The translations under genes were made by a program, and so were the position numbers. The notes beneath the pieces are model-generated. The model ran no database searches, had not been told where the DNA came from, and was given only the letters and a program-made list of their open reading frames with translations. Positions 26,701 to 39,991 of a DNA stretch of 60,000 nt are shown here, one piece after another. The stretch is from Felis catus (taxonomy: Eukaryota), in contig NC_058382.1 of assembly GCF_018350175.1 (NCBI RefSeq), forward strand, positions 54,996,001 to 55,056,000. Direction: 5' to 3'. Positions within the stretch are counted from its first letter, which is position 1; each line of letters begins with the position of its first letter.

Positions 26701-27104
26701 TTTTACGTGTAGAAACAACCGAGTCTGCTTGTTGTTCTCTTACATGTACCTTTCAGAGCTGGATTTCCCAGCTTCCCTCAAGTGGAGGGGAATTAAATTT
26801 TTCTTTTTTATCTGACTGAGCCTTTACCCCACGTAGGAATCTCCTGCACTGTAACTCAGATCATCGTGTTCAGATTACCAAGGAATTATCAGTTATCTGT
26901 GAAATCGCCCCAGCCGTGTGAAAGTGCCCGGACGAAGGAGGCCCGTGGTCAGCACTGGCTCACACCTGAATCCCAAGAGAGCATTCAGGGACTCTCAGTC
27001 CCGATCCGTCCCCTTTCCCTTGTAAGCCCCCTGGGCTCCTGCCTAGGCTCTGTCGTCGAAGACGATGCTAGTAATAACATGGCAGCAGTTAATTTCTGTC
27101 CGTG

Positions 27105-27530
27105 AACATTTTATCTTAGGACAGTTTGAGATGTACAGAAAAGTTACAAAGGCAGCACAGAGTTTCCATGGACCCCTAAGCCCGCTACCCCAGTTGTGAA
27201 CATCTCCCAGAAACATGATCCATTTGTCACAACTAATGAACCAGTAGTGATATGCTGTTATTAAAGTCCATGCTTTATTTGCTTCCCTTCATTTTTACCT
27301 AATGTCCGTCTTCTGTCCCAGGATTCCACTGGGGATCCCACAGTGCAAGGAGTGGTCCTCCTCCATAGACAGAGAATTCTCATGTCTGGGACAGTTGCTT
27401 GGACCTTGCTTGGTTTTGATGAGTACTGGTCAGGTGTTGTGAGGAACGTCCTTCGGTTGGGGTTTATCCGATCCTTTTGTCACGGTTAGACCAGAGGTAC
27501 GGGTCTGGGGGAGAAAGAGCCTAGAGGTAG
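27105..27530 (-). mobile_element. Old L1 3' remnant (L1MC-like)
   Basis: gatgtacagaaaagttacaaa...cacagagtttcc...ttctgtcccaggattcc. Confidence 0.7.
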
Positions 27531-29129
27531 AGTTTATTGTTTCTCGAAGTACCTCATTTTACTGCGCTTTTTAGAATGTTCCAGATGCGGTGCTAAGCCT
27601 TGACAGACTGGGCCTCCTTTAAGGATTATTAGAAAATAATCCTGTCTGATAAATTCTCGTTTTACCATTGGCTGAAATGGACTCAGAGAGGTACAGTAAC
27701 TTGCATGAAGCCACACAGTTAAGAGACTCAAACACAGGTCTCTCTGTACACATTTTGCTTTTAGCCAGTACTGTTTCGAACAGTGGGAAAGCAGAACGTC
27801 TGCTATTAAAAACCAGTATGTATTTATTTATACCCAACCTTTCCCCAAAAAGCCTGTGTTGTAACTTCTAATCAAGGCCACATTGAAGCAGCTGGAGCAG
27901 GGTCGTGAGAAAGGCAGACACAGGCAAGCCCCGCCTCCCGGACATCGCACATGTCGGGAGTGGTCGCCCCGCCCCGAGCGTGTGGTCGCCACGGGCTTGG
28001 TGCCACACGGGGCAGTGCGGAGCCTCGTCGTGTCCCAGGGTCCCCGGGGAGGCCGGTGGGAGGCAGAAGCTTCGAGGCCCATAGGTGCGCTTCTAAAGAA
28101 ACGAGGCTGGCCGTTGGCTCGGTTTGGATCATCGAGTCCAGATATTTACAGAATGGGCGTTGCTATCTTTCTCTTGTTTGGTGTGGTCTGGCGGTTTTCC
28201 AGATGTGTTAGTGGCCATGGCTCAACCCGTGTCCTCTGGCCTCTGTATGTCTCAAGGGGTCAACGGCATGGAGTTTGGAGGCCGACCAGACCTCGTAAAG
28301 GGAGGGAGGTGGACTTGGGCCACTACAGAAAGGCCTTTGGCGCATCTGGTACCCGGGTGCCATTGCTTCCGAAAGGAGATTTTTTTTTTTTTCATTTGCC
28401 AATTAAGTTTTAATTTTAAAATTTAATTTTTAAAATGATCCCCAGAAAGCATCTTCCCCAAGTATGTTCTGTGTCATGATTAGAAGTAATACATGGATGA
28501 ACACTGTGTTATTTAGGAAAATAATTCCTTCATTTAGAAGAAAATGACTACCCCCGTCTCAGTGCCAGGGTCTGTTTGGGCACTTGGAACAGAACAGGTG
28601 GAGATTTCTGCTCTTGTGCTGGAACACTAGCAGGGGAGACAGCACACAATAAATACTTGAACGTGGGTTCAGATAATAAGTGTCTAACCAATCCCCCGAG
28701 CCCCTGGTTGCACGGATATTCTCGGGACAAGATGTGCAGTCAGAGCTGAGTCATTGATGGCGGAATACTGAGAACGGAACAGTGCATGGGGCGCAGGCAC
28801 AGGCTGCAAGGTGAGGGGAGCCCACACATCTGCCTCTGGGATGCACCACGGCAACTCTCCTGGTCAGACACAGAGGCTCCTGGGATTGGTGCTGAGGGGT
28901 GGTCTCTGTGCCTTTAGGGAAGGGCAGAAGGGACCTGACTGCCCCTCTCCTGCTGCCTCCCCTCCCCCCCCACATCGCTTCTGTTTGCTAGGGACCTGCT
29001 CTAGAGCCTCCAAGCTGTTCCTGCTTCTGTCCCCTCCTCCCGAGTCTCTTCCCCAAACAACACTCCACCCCAGACCCCTGGCTGGGCCCACAGGACCCTC
29101 TGGGAGTGGCCTTCCTCCCTTGGGCAGTC

Positions 29130-29455
29130 TGCTCCCTGAACACGCCCAGCTCGTTCCCACGCCTGGGCCTTTGCACTGGCCACGAGCTCCGAGCTCCGGG
29201 GCGTACTTCTGCTCCACCTCTCCGGGGCACCGGGCACCGCAGCTCTTAGTCCCTGTGAGCACACCCTCTTGGATTCTTGGTGCAGCACCTGCTGTTTATC
29301 TGTGTATTTGGTTTGTTATCTCCTTGCCCCCCTGGGCTCCTGTCTCATCCACTGCTGTATCTCCAGCACCCGGCATATGGGCCTATAATGTAATAGATGC
29401 CCAACGAATACGTCAGATGAGTGAATGAGTAAATGAATGAATGAAAGAACGAATG
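29130..29455 (+). mobile_element. L2 3' end remnant with (GAAT)n tail
   Basis: gggcctttgcac...cactgctgtatctccagcacccggcat...tgaatgaatgaa. Confidence 0.7.
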
Positions 29456-31043
29456 TATTGATCAACCTCTCTCCCTTCCTGAGCCCGGTGACCGATCATA
29501 TCAGGGAAATTTGCCGCAGCCTGTGCCCTCAGCCCTCTCCACCACCACCGCTGCATCTCAACTTGGGCAGACAGAAATGGAAATTTAAAACCTCGTGGCG
29601 GTCCTATATCCCGATGGTAGAATGAACTCGGCAGGCCATGGGTTTTACATTGCGCCCCCTCCTGTGTGCAGCTCAGTGGGGAGTGGTTAGGGCACCGATT
29701 CCTGAGTCACCAGCTCGGTTCGGCCCCGGCCAGCCCCCGTCCCAGCTGGCCTACCTTGGGCAAGTCATGTGACACCTCAGGTTCCTCATCGTGTGGTGGG
29801 ATGGCCCTGGCACCTGCTCCACGGGGCCGTTGTGAGGATGGAAGGAGACCTCGCTTGGCGCGTGTCACGGCTGGGGACGTGTCAGCCGTCACATTCTGCC
29901 TTCTGGGCTAAGCTACGCTTGCCTCTGGCTCTGCTAAAGTATGGCTTCCTGGGGTCAGGGCGATAAGGACGCTGCTGGTACCTGGTGACCAGTGCATCCC
30001 CTTGGCTCCTGGTGCCTTCTCTCCGTGACAGGGGAGCTCCCTCAGAGAGTAGTGAGCGGCTGTGAGTTTCTCTCTCCCTGCCCTCACCCCAGCATTGACC
30101 GACGAAAGCTGTTCCAGTTCTTCCTTTCGACACAAATTGTTGAGCCCTTGCCACGTGCCAGGCTCTGTGGAGAGAGGGCAGGGAGCAAGACAGACACGGG
30201 GCTGACCTTACGGAGCTGCAGCCTGGCCAGGAGGCAGGCATCAGTAGATGACATATGGTAGGCGTCCACAGTGATTCACTGGGGTGCGCGGAGCGCCGAG
30301 GGCACAGGGAAGGATGTGGCCAGGTGGGCTTTAGGGTCTGGGGGGTAGCAGGCCCCCCTGAAGACCTGTGGAGCTGAGGCCTGGACAGTGGAGGAGGAGA
30401 TGCCAGGGATTGGGCCACAACCGTCTGGGGACAAAGGGCAGGCTAACTGTGTGGTGCCACCGGGTGGGCCATTGGGGAGGGCCGACGGAGAAGAGAAAGT
30501 GGGTGCGGCTGGAGGAAGGAGCCCGGCAGGGGTGGAGGGGCACGTGGGATTCGTGCTTGGGCCACCGGGAGCTATGGAAGGACACTGAACAGGGAGTAGG
30601 GGGATACAGTTCGTCGACTTGGAATGTGGCCCTGGGTCTCGAGTGGAGAGTGCATATCTGGGTGGGGAGACGAGACCGGGAAATCCAAGGGGGTCTATGA
30701 CTGCATTCTGGGCAGGAGAAGGCAGTGGCTTGGACACAGTGAGGGCTGGAGGGATCCAGGCTCTGCCCTGTGCTGGGCCCCGTGAACGCCCAGAGGAACA
30801 GGGTACAGGCTTTGCCCTTAAGGTGCCCCCAGTCTGGTCCCGACTCTACAGCTCCAAACACGGGGGCGGGTTTCCACTGCAGCCCCCTCCTGCCAGCTGG
30901 GATGCTAGGAAAGACGGAGTTCCTTTGGTCTCCAGAGTCGCCCCGTGTCTGTACCAACTCGGTTTGCCTGTTGCCAGAATGGGGGGGGGGGGGCGGGAGG
31001 ATGTTTTCTGGAACCTTCTTTGAGGCATGGATACTGTGCCTGA

Positions 31044-31331
<288 letters not shown>

Positions 31332-31639
31332 TAGCTTAGGGCACATTCACCTCCAGCATAAGAAAGGTATAAACCGTGGGGCCCTCTCTGGGAGACGAGC
31401 AGGGAATGTGCACAGACTGAGCTCCTACCGCCTGCCCGTTGCAGCCCAGGAACCTTATGTCTCACGCTTTTCTTTCTCGCCACAAACCTGAGAAATGGGT
31501 CTTTTGATCTCCATTTTACAGATGAGGTAACTGAGGCACAAAGGCATGTTTTTAGGCCTTAGAAGGACATAGTAAGCAACACATGCCACCTTTTGCTCTA
31601 CTTCGAGTGAGGAGGAGGTTCTTCTCGTCGGTCTCGGTC

Positions 31640-31835
31640 TTTTTTTTGTCCTTTGAGAGAGAGAGAGAGAGATTGGGAGCGTGCACACCACGAGCAGTAG
31701 ACAGGGGCAGAGGGAGAGAGTCTTAATCAGGCTCCTCGCTCAGCCCAGAGCCTGATGCGGGACTCCCTCCCACGGCCCCGGGATCATGACCTGAGCCGAA
31801 ATCAAAGGTCAACCGACTGAGCCCCCCAGAGCTGT
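31640..31835 (-). mobile_element. CAN-SINE (older or more diverged)
   Basis: T-run, (GA)n, then gatcatgacctgagccgaaatcaa...aaccgactgagcccccca (reverse SINE head). Confidence 0.88.
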
Positions 31836-31859
31836 CTCCTTGGAAAAGGGTGCATTTTG

Positions 31860-32560
31860 TGCGTATCGGTCAGGGCTGCTGTTTGGAAATGATACAAACA
31901 TTCAAACTCTCTGAAGCAAAAACAATTTGATGCTGTAATTGTGTTCAAGTAACTGGGAAGTCTAAGAGAGGCCTTCAGGCATAGCTTGATCCAGGAGTCA
32001 AGTGATAATAGTATTCAGGGACTCTCTCTGTCTCCATTTCCTGGCTCTCTTTCTGTGCATTGGCTTCATTGTCAGGGACGGTTTCTCCATGCATGAGAAA
32101 AACGGACTTTTTTTTTTTTTTTTTAGTTTATTTATTTATTTGAGAGAGAGCATACACGTGGGTGCATGAGCAGGGGAGGGGCAGAGAGGGAAGGAGAGAG
32201 GATCCCAAGCAGGCTCCTCACTGTCAGCAGAGAGCCCGCCTCGGGGCTACAACTCATGAACTGTGAGATCACGACCTGAGCCAAAATCAAGAGTCGGTTG
32301 CTTAACCGACTGAGCCCCCCAGGCACCCCGGGAAAGAGGGACTTCTGTCCTTAAAAACGTGAGAGCCCATTTTCCTTCCAGTACCCTTCGGTAAAATCTC
32401 ATAGAAGATTCTGACTGGCCCTGCTGTAGTCCCCTACATCCCAGGGATGGCCCCACCCTAGGTTACATACCCAGCCTTGACCATAGGGGGCTGTGTACTC
32501 TCATGGCCCTTCCAGGACCTTGTGGTCCGGGAGAGGTGGGTCCACCAGGCAAGGAATCGT
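31860..32560. mobile_element. Old MLT1-like LTR remnant interrupted by a SINE
   Basis: ttcaggcatagcttgatccagg...ttggcttcattgtcagg...ttctgactggcc. Confidence 0.55.
32109..32329 (-). mobile_element. CAN-SINE
   Basis: Poly-T and tttattt, ending in cttaaccgactgagccccccaggcacccc. Confidence 0.94.
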
Positions 32561-33899
32561 GGCTGAAAAATTTGCAGCAGTGTATACATGCGATGTGTCC
32601 GTCCTGTGTCGTTTTGGGCAGAGCCGTCCCAGCCTCCGGCAGGGACCCCGAGTCAGAAAGTGCTCATCTAGAGAGAATTCATTCTCTTGTCTTTGGGAGA
32701 ACAGGCCCTTCTTTTAGGAACATATTCTTTCTAACTCTGTCACTCCAGGGAGATCTGCCCTGAGCCTGAAGAGATGTTCCCTAAAACGCATTCCCAAAGC
32801 GGCCACTAGATTGTGTAACAACATTGAAGGCGAGAGGCACATGGTCTGGCCTCTGAGGAATGCTGAGCTCAACAAGCTGACTCTAACAGCTAATTCTTTA
32901 GAAAAATCCTCTTCTTTACCGTCATCCCTTGGAGGACACCAACACCATGGCCGCCCGTCTGCTTTCTTCTCAGTTCTGGCGCCCTCTGCACTTGGCTGTC
33001 TTTCTTCTACCTGCCCTCACCTTTTCCCTCCTCCCCACCCCCCAGCCCAGCCAGCAGAACTCTCCTGTCTGTCCTTCCGGCCCCTCTGACAGCTGCCATC
33101 TGGAGTCTGTGGGGGCAGCCACTTCCGGCCCCCTTGGGCTGGGACCTGAGCAGCGGCGGGACATTCGGCGGGTGGGGACAGTAATAGCATCCTGTGGAAA
33201 GCTGGAGAAGAGGGGTACAGAGACCATCCTACTGACTCACAGAGCACCGAGCCGGCCTGCCCCCTGTGCTGGGGGAGGAAGGTAAATGAGCCCCTTGGCC
33301 CCATCCTCGAAGAGTTGTGGGGCTCTCTGGGGAGACCGAGCTCTAAAGACGTGACTACAGAGATAACAGCTAAAATAGAGGCACATCCCGGAGGGCAGGG
33401 ACTGACTCACTCGGCCTGGGGGGGCCAGAGAAGGCTCTCCAGGGGTGGCGACGTTATAGTGGGGCATAGAGGGATGAGTAGGAGTGTGCCAGGATGGGGG
33501 GCACACACTCGGGGCAGAGGGAATGCGGGTGCAAAGCATGAATATGAGAGAGGGGGTGTTTGCTGCCCTGGAAGAGAGGGGCAGGCAGGTTCAGGGCCCT
33601 GTGGATGATGTCCAGAGCTCTTGGGTCACAGCCAGACTCTATGGGTCTTATTAGCCGAGTGAAGAAGCCAAGGCTATGTTCCGAGGGCAATGGGGAGCCA
33701 TGGAAAGCTCTTACGGGTTGGAAGGGACAGTAGAGGGATCAGTCTAGTTGCAGGACAGAGAGGGAGGGAGCACCAGAGGGAGGCAGGAGGGAGGCAAACC
33801 TTGAAGTAGTCCAGCTAGAGTGGGGAGGGCCCTGAGCCCCGATCTCCTGGGCTGTATAGTGGCTGCTGCTTGACCGGCAGGAGGGTCGCATTGTTCCTG

Positions 33900-34560
33900 G
33901 GGCTGGAGGGGCCGGCGTCCCCCCAAGGAAGGCCCGAATGCCGCTCGCCCAGGGGTGGAGGGGCAGGGAGGCTTAGAGGGATGTGGGTTGCTGGGCAGTG
34001 GAATGTCCCTTTAACCCAGGCCGTGGCTGCGGGCCGGCGGTTATGACTCGCCTGGCTGGGGCTGCGTCCGGCCGTGGCCTCGCGTCAGAGCTCCCCCTGC
34101 CGAGCCGACAGGCGGGCCTGCGCCAGCACCCCCCTTGCTCGCTCAGCACCCCCCCTCCAGCTCCGGTGGACAGAGGCTGGAGCAGGAGAGCGGGACTCAC
34201 ACACGGCCCTCCACCCCATTACTCGGGGAGCCCAGGTGGGTGCAACCCCCCTCAGCCTCTCCCTCCGCCGTTTGCATCAGCTTCCACCTTGCTTCCTTCT
34301 CATCATCGCCCTCCTCCCTTCCCCCCCCCCCCCCAGATTCATGGGTGGTGTGTGGCCGCCTTGTTACATAACTGGGTTCCAAGTCGTCTTGGAGATGGGC
34401 TTTGGGCTGGAAGGTACCTGAAGCCCCAGGGCGGCGCTCCTCGCGTGCTGTCGACACAGTCCGCAGGAGCCTTCTTTGGGTTTGTCCCGGTTTGTGTGAT
34501 GGGACCCGGAGCCGTGGCATGACTGAGCAGTCCTCCCTGCCGTGCGTGCAGGAAGGACCA
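33900..34560 (+). promoter_or_regulatory. CpG-rich intronic segment, candidate internal promoter or enhancer
   Basis: Dense CpG outside any recognisable repeat, G-rich Sp/KLF-like run near 33952-33971, D-box GTTACATAAC at 34363-34372, donor-like AAG|gtacct at 34413/34414. Confidence 0.5.
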
Positions 34561-34663
34561 GGACGCAGCCCGCTGTGCTCAGGGGGCAAGGCCACCTGGA
34601 GCAGCTTTGTCTGGGTCTGGGCGCCCCTGGCCACAGGGCAGGCAGAGGGTGAAATGCCCCCCC

Positions 34664-34858
34664 CAGTGGTGCCTTCCGCCGGCAGCCACTAGCCACACTG
34701 GGTTGTCTGCATTTTAATTTACTGAATCAAGTTGAGAATGCAGATCCACGGTCCACTGGCCGCATTTCGAGTGCTCGATAGCACACGGACCTAGCGGCTG
34801 CTGCTTGGACGGTGCAGATAAAGACCGTTTCCGTCATCGCAGAATGATGGAAGTGCTG
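34664..34858 (-). mobile_element. MER3-like hAT remnant
   Basis: gcagccactagccaca...ccgcatttcgagtgctcgatagc...ttggacggtgcagata...catcgcagaa. Confidence 0.7.
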
Positions 34859-37075
34859 CACGGGGCTGGACCCTGGAACTTCTCGTCGCGGCCCCATGCT
34901 CCACGCACCGCCTCCCTGCCAGAGGAAGTAACCTCACAAGGCTGGAGGGTCTGGCCTGTTCCAGCAGCTCTGAAGAGGGTCACGTCCTCCTTCATGTGCA
35001 CGGCTGTTCCCTCCCGTGGGGTGATGTTGGGGTTGCAGGGGTCCCCACCCTCGCCTGCCAGGCTCTCGCTCTCGGTCTCTCTTTCGGGTTCTCGTACCCA
35101 CGTGAATCCGTTTTCCTCTGTCTCTCTCTGACACTTTCTCTTCTCCCCGTGTCTCCCTCTCTCTCGCTGTATTTCACTTTCTGCTGCTCTTACGGTTTGG
35201 GTTTTTTGGTTTTTTTTTTCTTCTGATGTCTTTCTCCATCCCAAGCCTCTCTCCACCCCAGGCCCTTCTCTTCGTGCATCTTGACTTAACTGCCTCTGTG
35301 TCTCCTCCTCCCTCTGTTCCTCCCTCTCCAACCTCCGTCTCTCTCCCAGGGACCTCCTGACAAAGCTGCTTTGTTAGAATTTGAATCGGTGCCTCACTCA
35401 GACCTCTGGGAGCTGACCTATCCGAGTTCAGGGAAGGTTAAGAGACGATCTCTGGCAACCGTGCCTTCTCCCAGCGCAGAGAGCCCGAGCGATGTGCCAG
35501 CAGGTCGAATCCCCAGACAAAGGCACCAGCCTCCCAGCCTTGTCCAGTTGGTGTCTTTCTGGAAGCTTTGTGTTTTTCAGCATGAGCTCCCTAATGCCAT
35601 GTTATTAGAATCCCCGGGTGCAGAAAGGGCCTATTTATCTTCTTTCCCCCCTTAATGCCCTTTGTGCTGATGTTTCATTGTGAGGAAGTAACTGCATAAG
35701 AACATAAACGGTGCAATGAAAGCGTCCAGGGCCGGGGGGCTCCTTGCCGGCCTGTGGGGTGGGGTGGCCAGCATTAAAGAGCCCTGTGGCGCCCACCATC
35801 TGGGGATTTCTGCCTCGCGGTTGGGTTTCTGCCCATCCGTGAGAAGTAGACAGGAGCCCCCTGCTCCTAAGACAGGGTCCAGGCGGAACCAGAACAAAGA
35901 GACTCTCGTCTCCCGATGGTCTCAGAGACCGGCTCTTCTCCCCAGAGGACCTGCAGAGGCCAGGCGTCAGGGGCAGGGACAGGGTGGGTTCCCTTCTTAC
36001 TGGAAGCCAGTGAGAAAGAGCTTTCCGGTCTGAAAAGCACGTGCTGTTTTTTCCCTAAGAAGTTGGGCCAGGAAGGAGAACTTGGGAACAGTCACCCACA
36101 GTGCACCCTTGGCTGTTTTTCTCACCTCTCGAGACAATGCAACAATGAGAGAGAACTTGGCAACTTGCGAAGAGGAAATTAGGCAGAATTTGCCTGGAAC
36201 GAGGCCCTTCCAGTATTAGAAAGATTTATCGCTAGGAGAAATTAGCCCTGGCCTGAGCAGGCCTGCCTGCCTCCAGGGGCTCTTTCCCATGCTTGAATCC
36301 AGTGACCCCCCCCCCTCCCCAGGACTCTGAGCTGCACCCTGCGTCCCGTGGGGCCAAGTCGTCCTGGCTCAGCTGCCCATACGGCAGTATAGAAACCCTG
36401 TGCAGAAACTCACCCTCTCCTCCGGGCCACGTACAGCCCAGTCCGGAGTGGACCTCTCCTTTCCATTAGAGGTGATATGTCGGGATCCCGGACGTCCCCC
36501 CGCCCCGCGCCCCGAGCAGCATCCGTCCTTCTTCGAAACCAGACAGACCAGAAGAAGGAGCAGTTCGTGGCCCACGCCCCCCAGCTCCATCAGTGAGAGA
36601 TGCGCCGCCCCTCTTCGGGAGGAAAGTTCTGGCCCCTTCTCTTGTTTGCGACGTGGGGATTGGAACCCGAGCCGAGTCCTTCCTCCCCCCCTTTCACCAG
36701 GCATAATGCCTTCTGATTCCCCAGCCCAGTTCCTGCAAGCCTGCTGGAGCCCAGACACATGGCTCTCGTGTTGGGGGCGGGCAGCCCGTGCGGCCTTGGA
36801 CGAGCAGCAGTAACCTCTCCAGGGCGCTGATCTTGTCTGTGAGCTGGAGTTGTAGGACCTGCCTCCTTGGCTGTTGTGAGGACCAGCGTTACTGCACGTA
36901 AAATACTTAGCACCGTGCCTGGTCATAGGAGGTTTTCGGGGAAAGACCGCCGTGACTCTTCTTTAGTCCCGATCAGATACACCTTGGGGAAGAGACGGGA
37001 TCAAGACTGAGTAGTTCTTTTGAAGCCTGACTGCACATGAGATTTTCTTCCAACGAGCAGGACGGGTCATGCTTC

Positions 37076-37196
37076 ACCCATCCGTCTAACTCTCCACCCA
37101 CCCAGTCCATTTATGTATCTGTCCGTCCACCCGTCTACCCATCCGTCATCCATGCATCCACGTGTCCATCCAGTCATCCATCCAACATCCCAGCCA
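37076..37196. repeat. Degenerate (CCAT)n tract
   Basis: Repeated ccatcc and catcca units. Confidence 0.7.
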
Positions 37197-37519
37197 ATCT
37201 TTCATTTAACAGACATTTCTCTGCGTTTTGCGGACGCAGTAGTGAGTAAATCAGACATGGTTGCTGACCTCACGGAGCTCGCGGCCTGGAGAGAGAGAAG
37301 AACGGTGAGATCAGCACTCGCAGGGCAGGGTAGGGCAGTTAGATGAGCTTCCACCGCCCGAGGTGGTCCGGGATGGCGAGGGAAAGGGAAAGGGGGGAGA
37401 GGAACTCGGGGCAGAACTGAAGGGTGCGCAGCGCAGCAGGCCCTGAGGGAGGAGGAAGGCAGAGTGTTCCCGGTAGGATGTGTGTCCGGTGTGAAAGCTA
37501 CATGAGAAGCGAAGCAAGC

Positions 37520-37790
37520 CGGCTCATGCTCGGTTCTGCTGCCGTGGCAAAGCAGCCCCAGCTTCTCAGGGGCTCAAAACAGCAAAGGATTTTTTCTCAC
37601 TCGGGCCACGTGTCCGTTGTGGGTCAGCGGGGAGTACTTACTGCTCACGGAGCCGGTGCCGTCTGGCATGTTCCTGGTTTTACCCTGCTAAGTAGCGTGC
37701 TGGCTCGTAGAGGCTCCACTGGAAGCGACGCGGGTCACATCCACTCACACTTGGTTGGCCACGGCCAGCCCCGTGGCTCCGGGTACCTGC
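37520..37790. mobile_element. Old MLT1-like LTR remnant
   Basis: tctcaggggctcaaaacagcaaaggattttttctcactc...gtcacatccactcacacttggttggcc. Confidence 0.5.
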
Positions 37791-39991
37791 CACGTGCTGG
37801 GAGGAGAGCTGGACGCTTTGCGGGAGGATGCTGATAAGACCACAGCAAGTCCGGGCCTCAGTTTGCTCATCAGAAGCGTGGCAGGAAGGGATGGGCTGGG
37901 CTAGAATTGGGTCCCTAACCTACGGCCCGTGCTGTCTTCCAAAACTGCCTCTGTGTGTGTGTGTGGGGGGGGGGGGGAGGGTGTCTTTGCGTGCACCTGC
38001 ATGTGTGTGCAGTGGACACATGTGCAACTTGGGTGTGATTCTGCAGCTTGTTTCAGGTTCTCAGAGGGATTCAGATTCCCATAAATCCCCCCCAAAACCA
38101 AGAACTCCTGAATGGGTGATCCTTGAAATCCCTTTGAGCCTCCAGTTCAAAGAGCCTCATTTGTTACGATGGACGAACGTAGCCACGGCCTCCGTCTTCC
38201 TCCAAAGGGCAGCCAGCCCAGAGGGCACAGCGAGGGCTGTGGCCACCTCTCCTCCCGGTCGCGCTGGGGAATGATGAGCCCAGCGGGTGGGGTGGGGGAC
38301 GTCTGCTGTCTCTGCCTCCCTGGAGTGGAAGCACGGAACCGGATATCGTCTCCAGCATCTGCCCCCGTGTCGTGAGTCCACTCGGCGAACTTGGTGACCC
38401 CGGCTTCACCGGGGAGGTGGCAGTTAATCCGACGGGACTCTGTCTCCTTTCCCAGTCCCGTGGGCGGGATGGGGCCCTGAGAGTGGCGGGAAGGAGGGCG
38501 GGGAGCATGGTCCCAGCCAAAGTGCTGGAGGGGGCGAGGGGTGCGGAGGACAGAGAAGGGGCGCGTGCCAGACAAGCTGTAGCAGCGAGGGCGACGGTGT
38601 GGTCAGGGGTCGGGCTGGGTCAGCTCCCAGGCGGGTGGCAGGGCCCTCCCACCTGCTCGGAGCCTCCGGGCCTCGCCTCAGAGTGAGGTGTGCAGAGCAG
38701 TTTGCTCGGTGCCTGGTAGGTGACATCAGCCGGGGTTCCTGCCCTGTGCGTCTCAGTTCAGCCCCGTGCCTTGGGGAGGCAGGCTCCCCGGGTCCACGGT
38801 ACAGGCGGGGTGGTCCAGGGCCACACAGCTGTTTTCAGCTGGGATCCACCAACTGCTCCACTGAGCCCACACCTGCGTTCTTTCCAGAACGTGACTCTGA
38901 CCTCCTCCAGTTGAGATGCTCACGGGATGATGGAGGCAGCTGGGAAGCTGGGTGTGGGCAGGCGCGGGGGCTCTCCCACGTGAGGAGGGACTTGGAACAT
39001 GCAGGGGGCTCTGCCGGAAAGGTCAGGCCGAGAGGGGAGGTGAGCAGGGCAGGTGAGATGGGGTTGTGTCGCTGAAGGAACCTTCTTCCCCTTCTAGACC
39101 GCAAGGCTGCTGTCAAACAGGACACAGCAGACCCAACGGAGACCTGGGGACGCGGCCCCAGGCACCAGGGCAGGGGAGGAAACGTGCACAGCCATCTCTG
39201 CTTAGCAGCAGGCCGGGCACGTCGAGGTGGAGGTCGAGGTCGGGCAGAGCCAGACCACCTGGGGGGTGGGAGGAGGGCTCGTGGTGGAAGCAGGGGAAGC
39301 TGCCGCTCCGGGGCTGGCCAGCGCCTTCTGGAGCAACAGCTGGAGAGAAAATGCTTTGGAACATGCGTTTTTGAGAAGGAACAAGTGTCCAGTGGTGCCT
39401 TGTGGGTCAGCCAGGGCTCTTGGACGTAAGCAGGCAAGATGGACTCAGGCCGTCTCCAGCAGAAAAGGAATATACTGGAAGGATTGACGGGAGCCTGGAG
39501 AACAGGCTGAGGCAGGTGGTAGCACCGTGCCCCACCCAGCCTAGGGTTTCCCTTTAGCGGAAGACACCCCTCTGCCTCATGATGAATTCTTAACCCCTTC
39601 ATCCCCACATTGCTTGGCTCAAGACCCAGAGTCCTGGGCAGGGGCTTCTGACTGACGCGACCGACGCGGCCTGGATCACCTGCTCCTCACAGTCAACCAA
39701 GGGAGGGGCGCCCCCCCCCCCCCGCCTTAAAAATCCCCAACAGGAGCTTGCGTGCTGGGGTGGTTCCCAGAATGGGAGGGGCTGGGCCTGGTCACGGGGA
39801 GACCAGGTCTGTGTTCGATTCGGCGGCCGAGGCACAGAAAGGGAGTCACTGTCTAGTGCTTCCTACCACTTCTCTGCTTTCTCACCTCCTGCTTTGTGTG
39901 CGTGTTCATTCATTCTTGTGCAGCCAGCCCCGCAGCGGTACCTGGGACTGCTAATCAGCACGGGGGATTCGGGCATAAGGCTCTGCCCTCA

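Noticed and set aside
34930..35010. Possible counterpart of the human CMIP-intronic MIR6504 hairpin (location recalled, not verified)
   Set aside because: No convincing pre-miRNA hairpin or mature-sequence match can be seen by eye.
38835..39608. 257-aa minus-strand ORF
   Set aside because: Pro/Arg/Ser-rich composition typical of GC-rich non-coding DNA; no domain or splice support.
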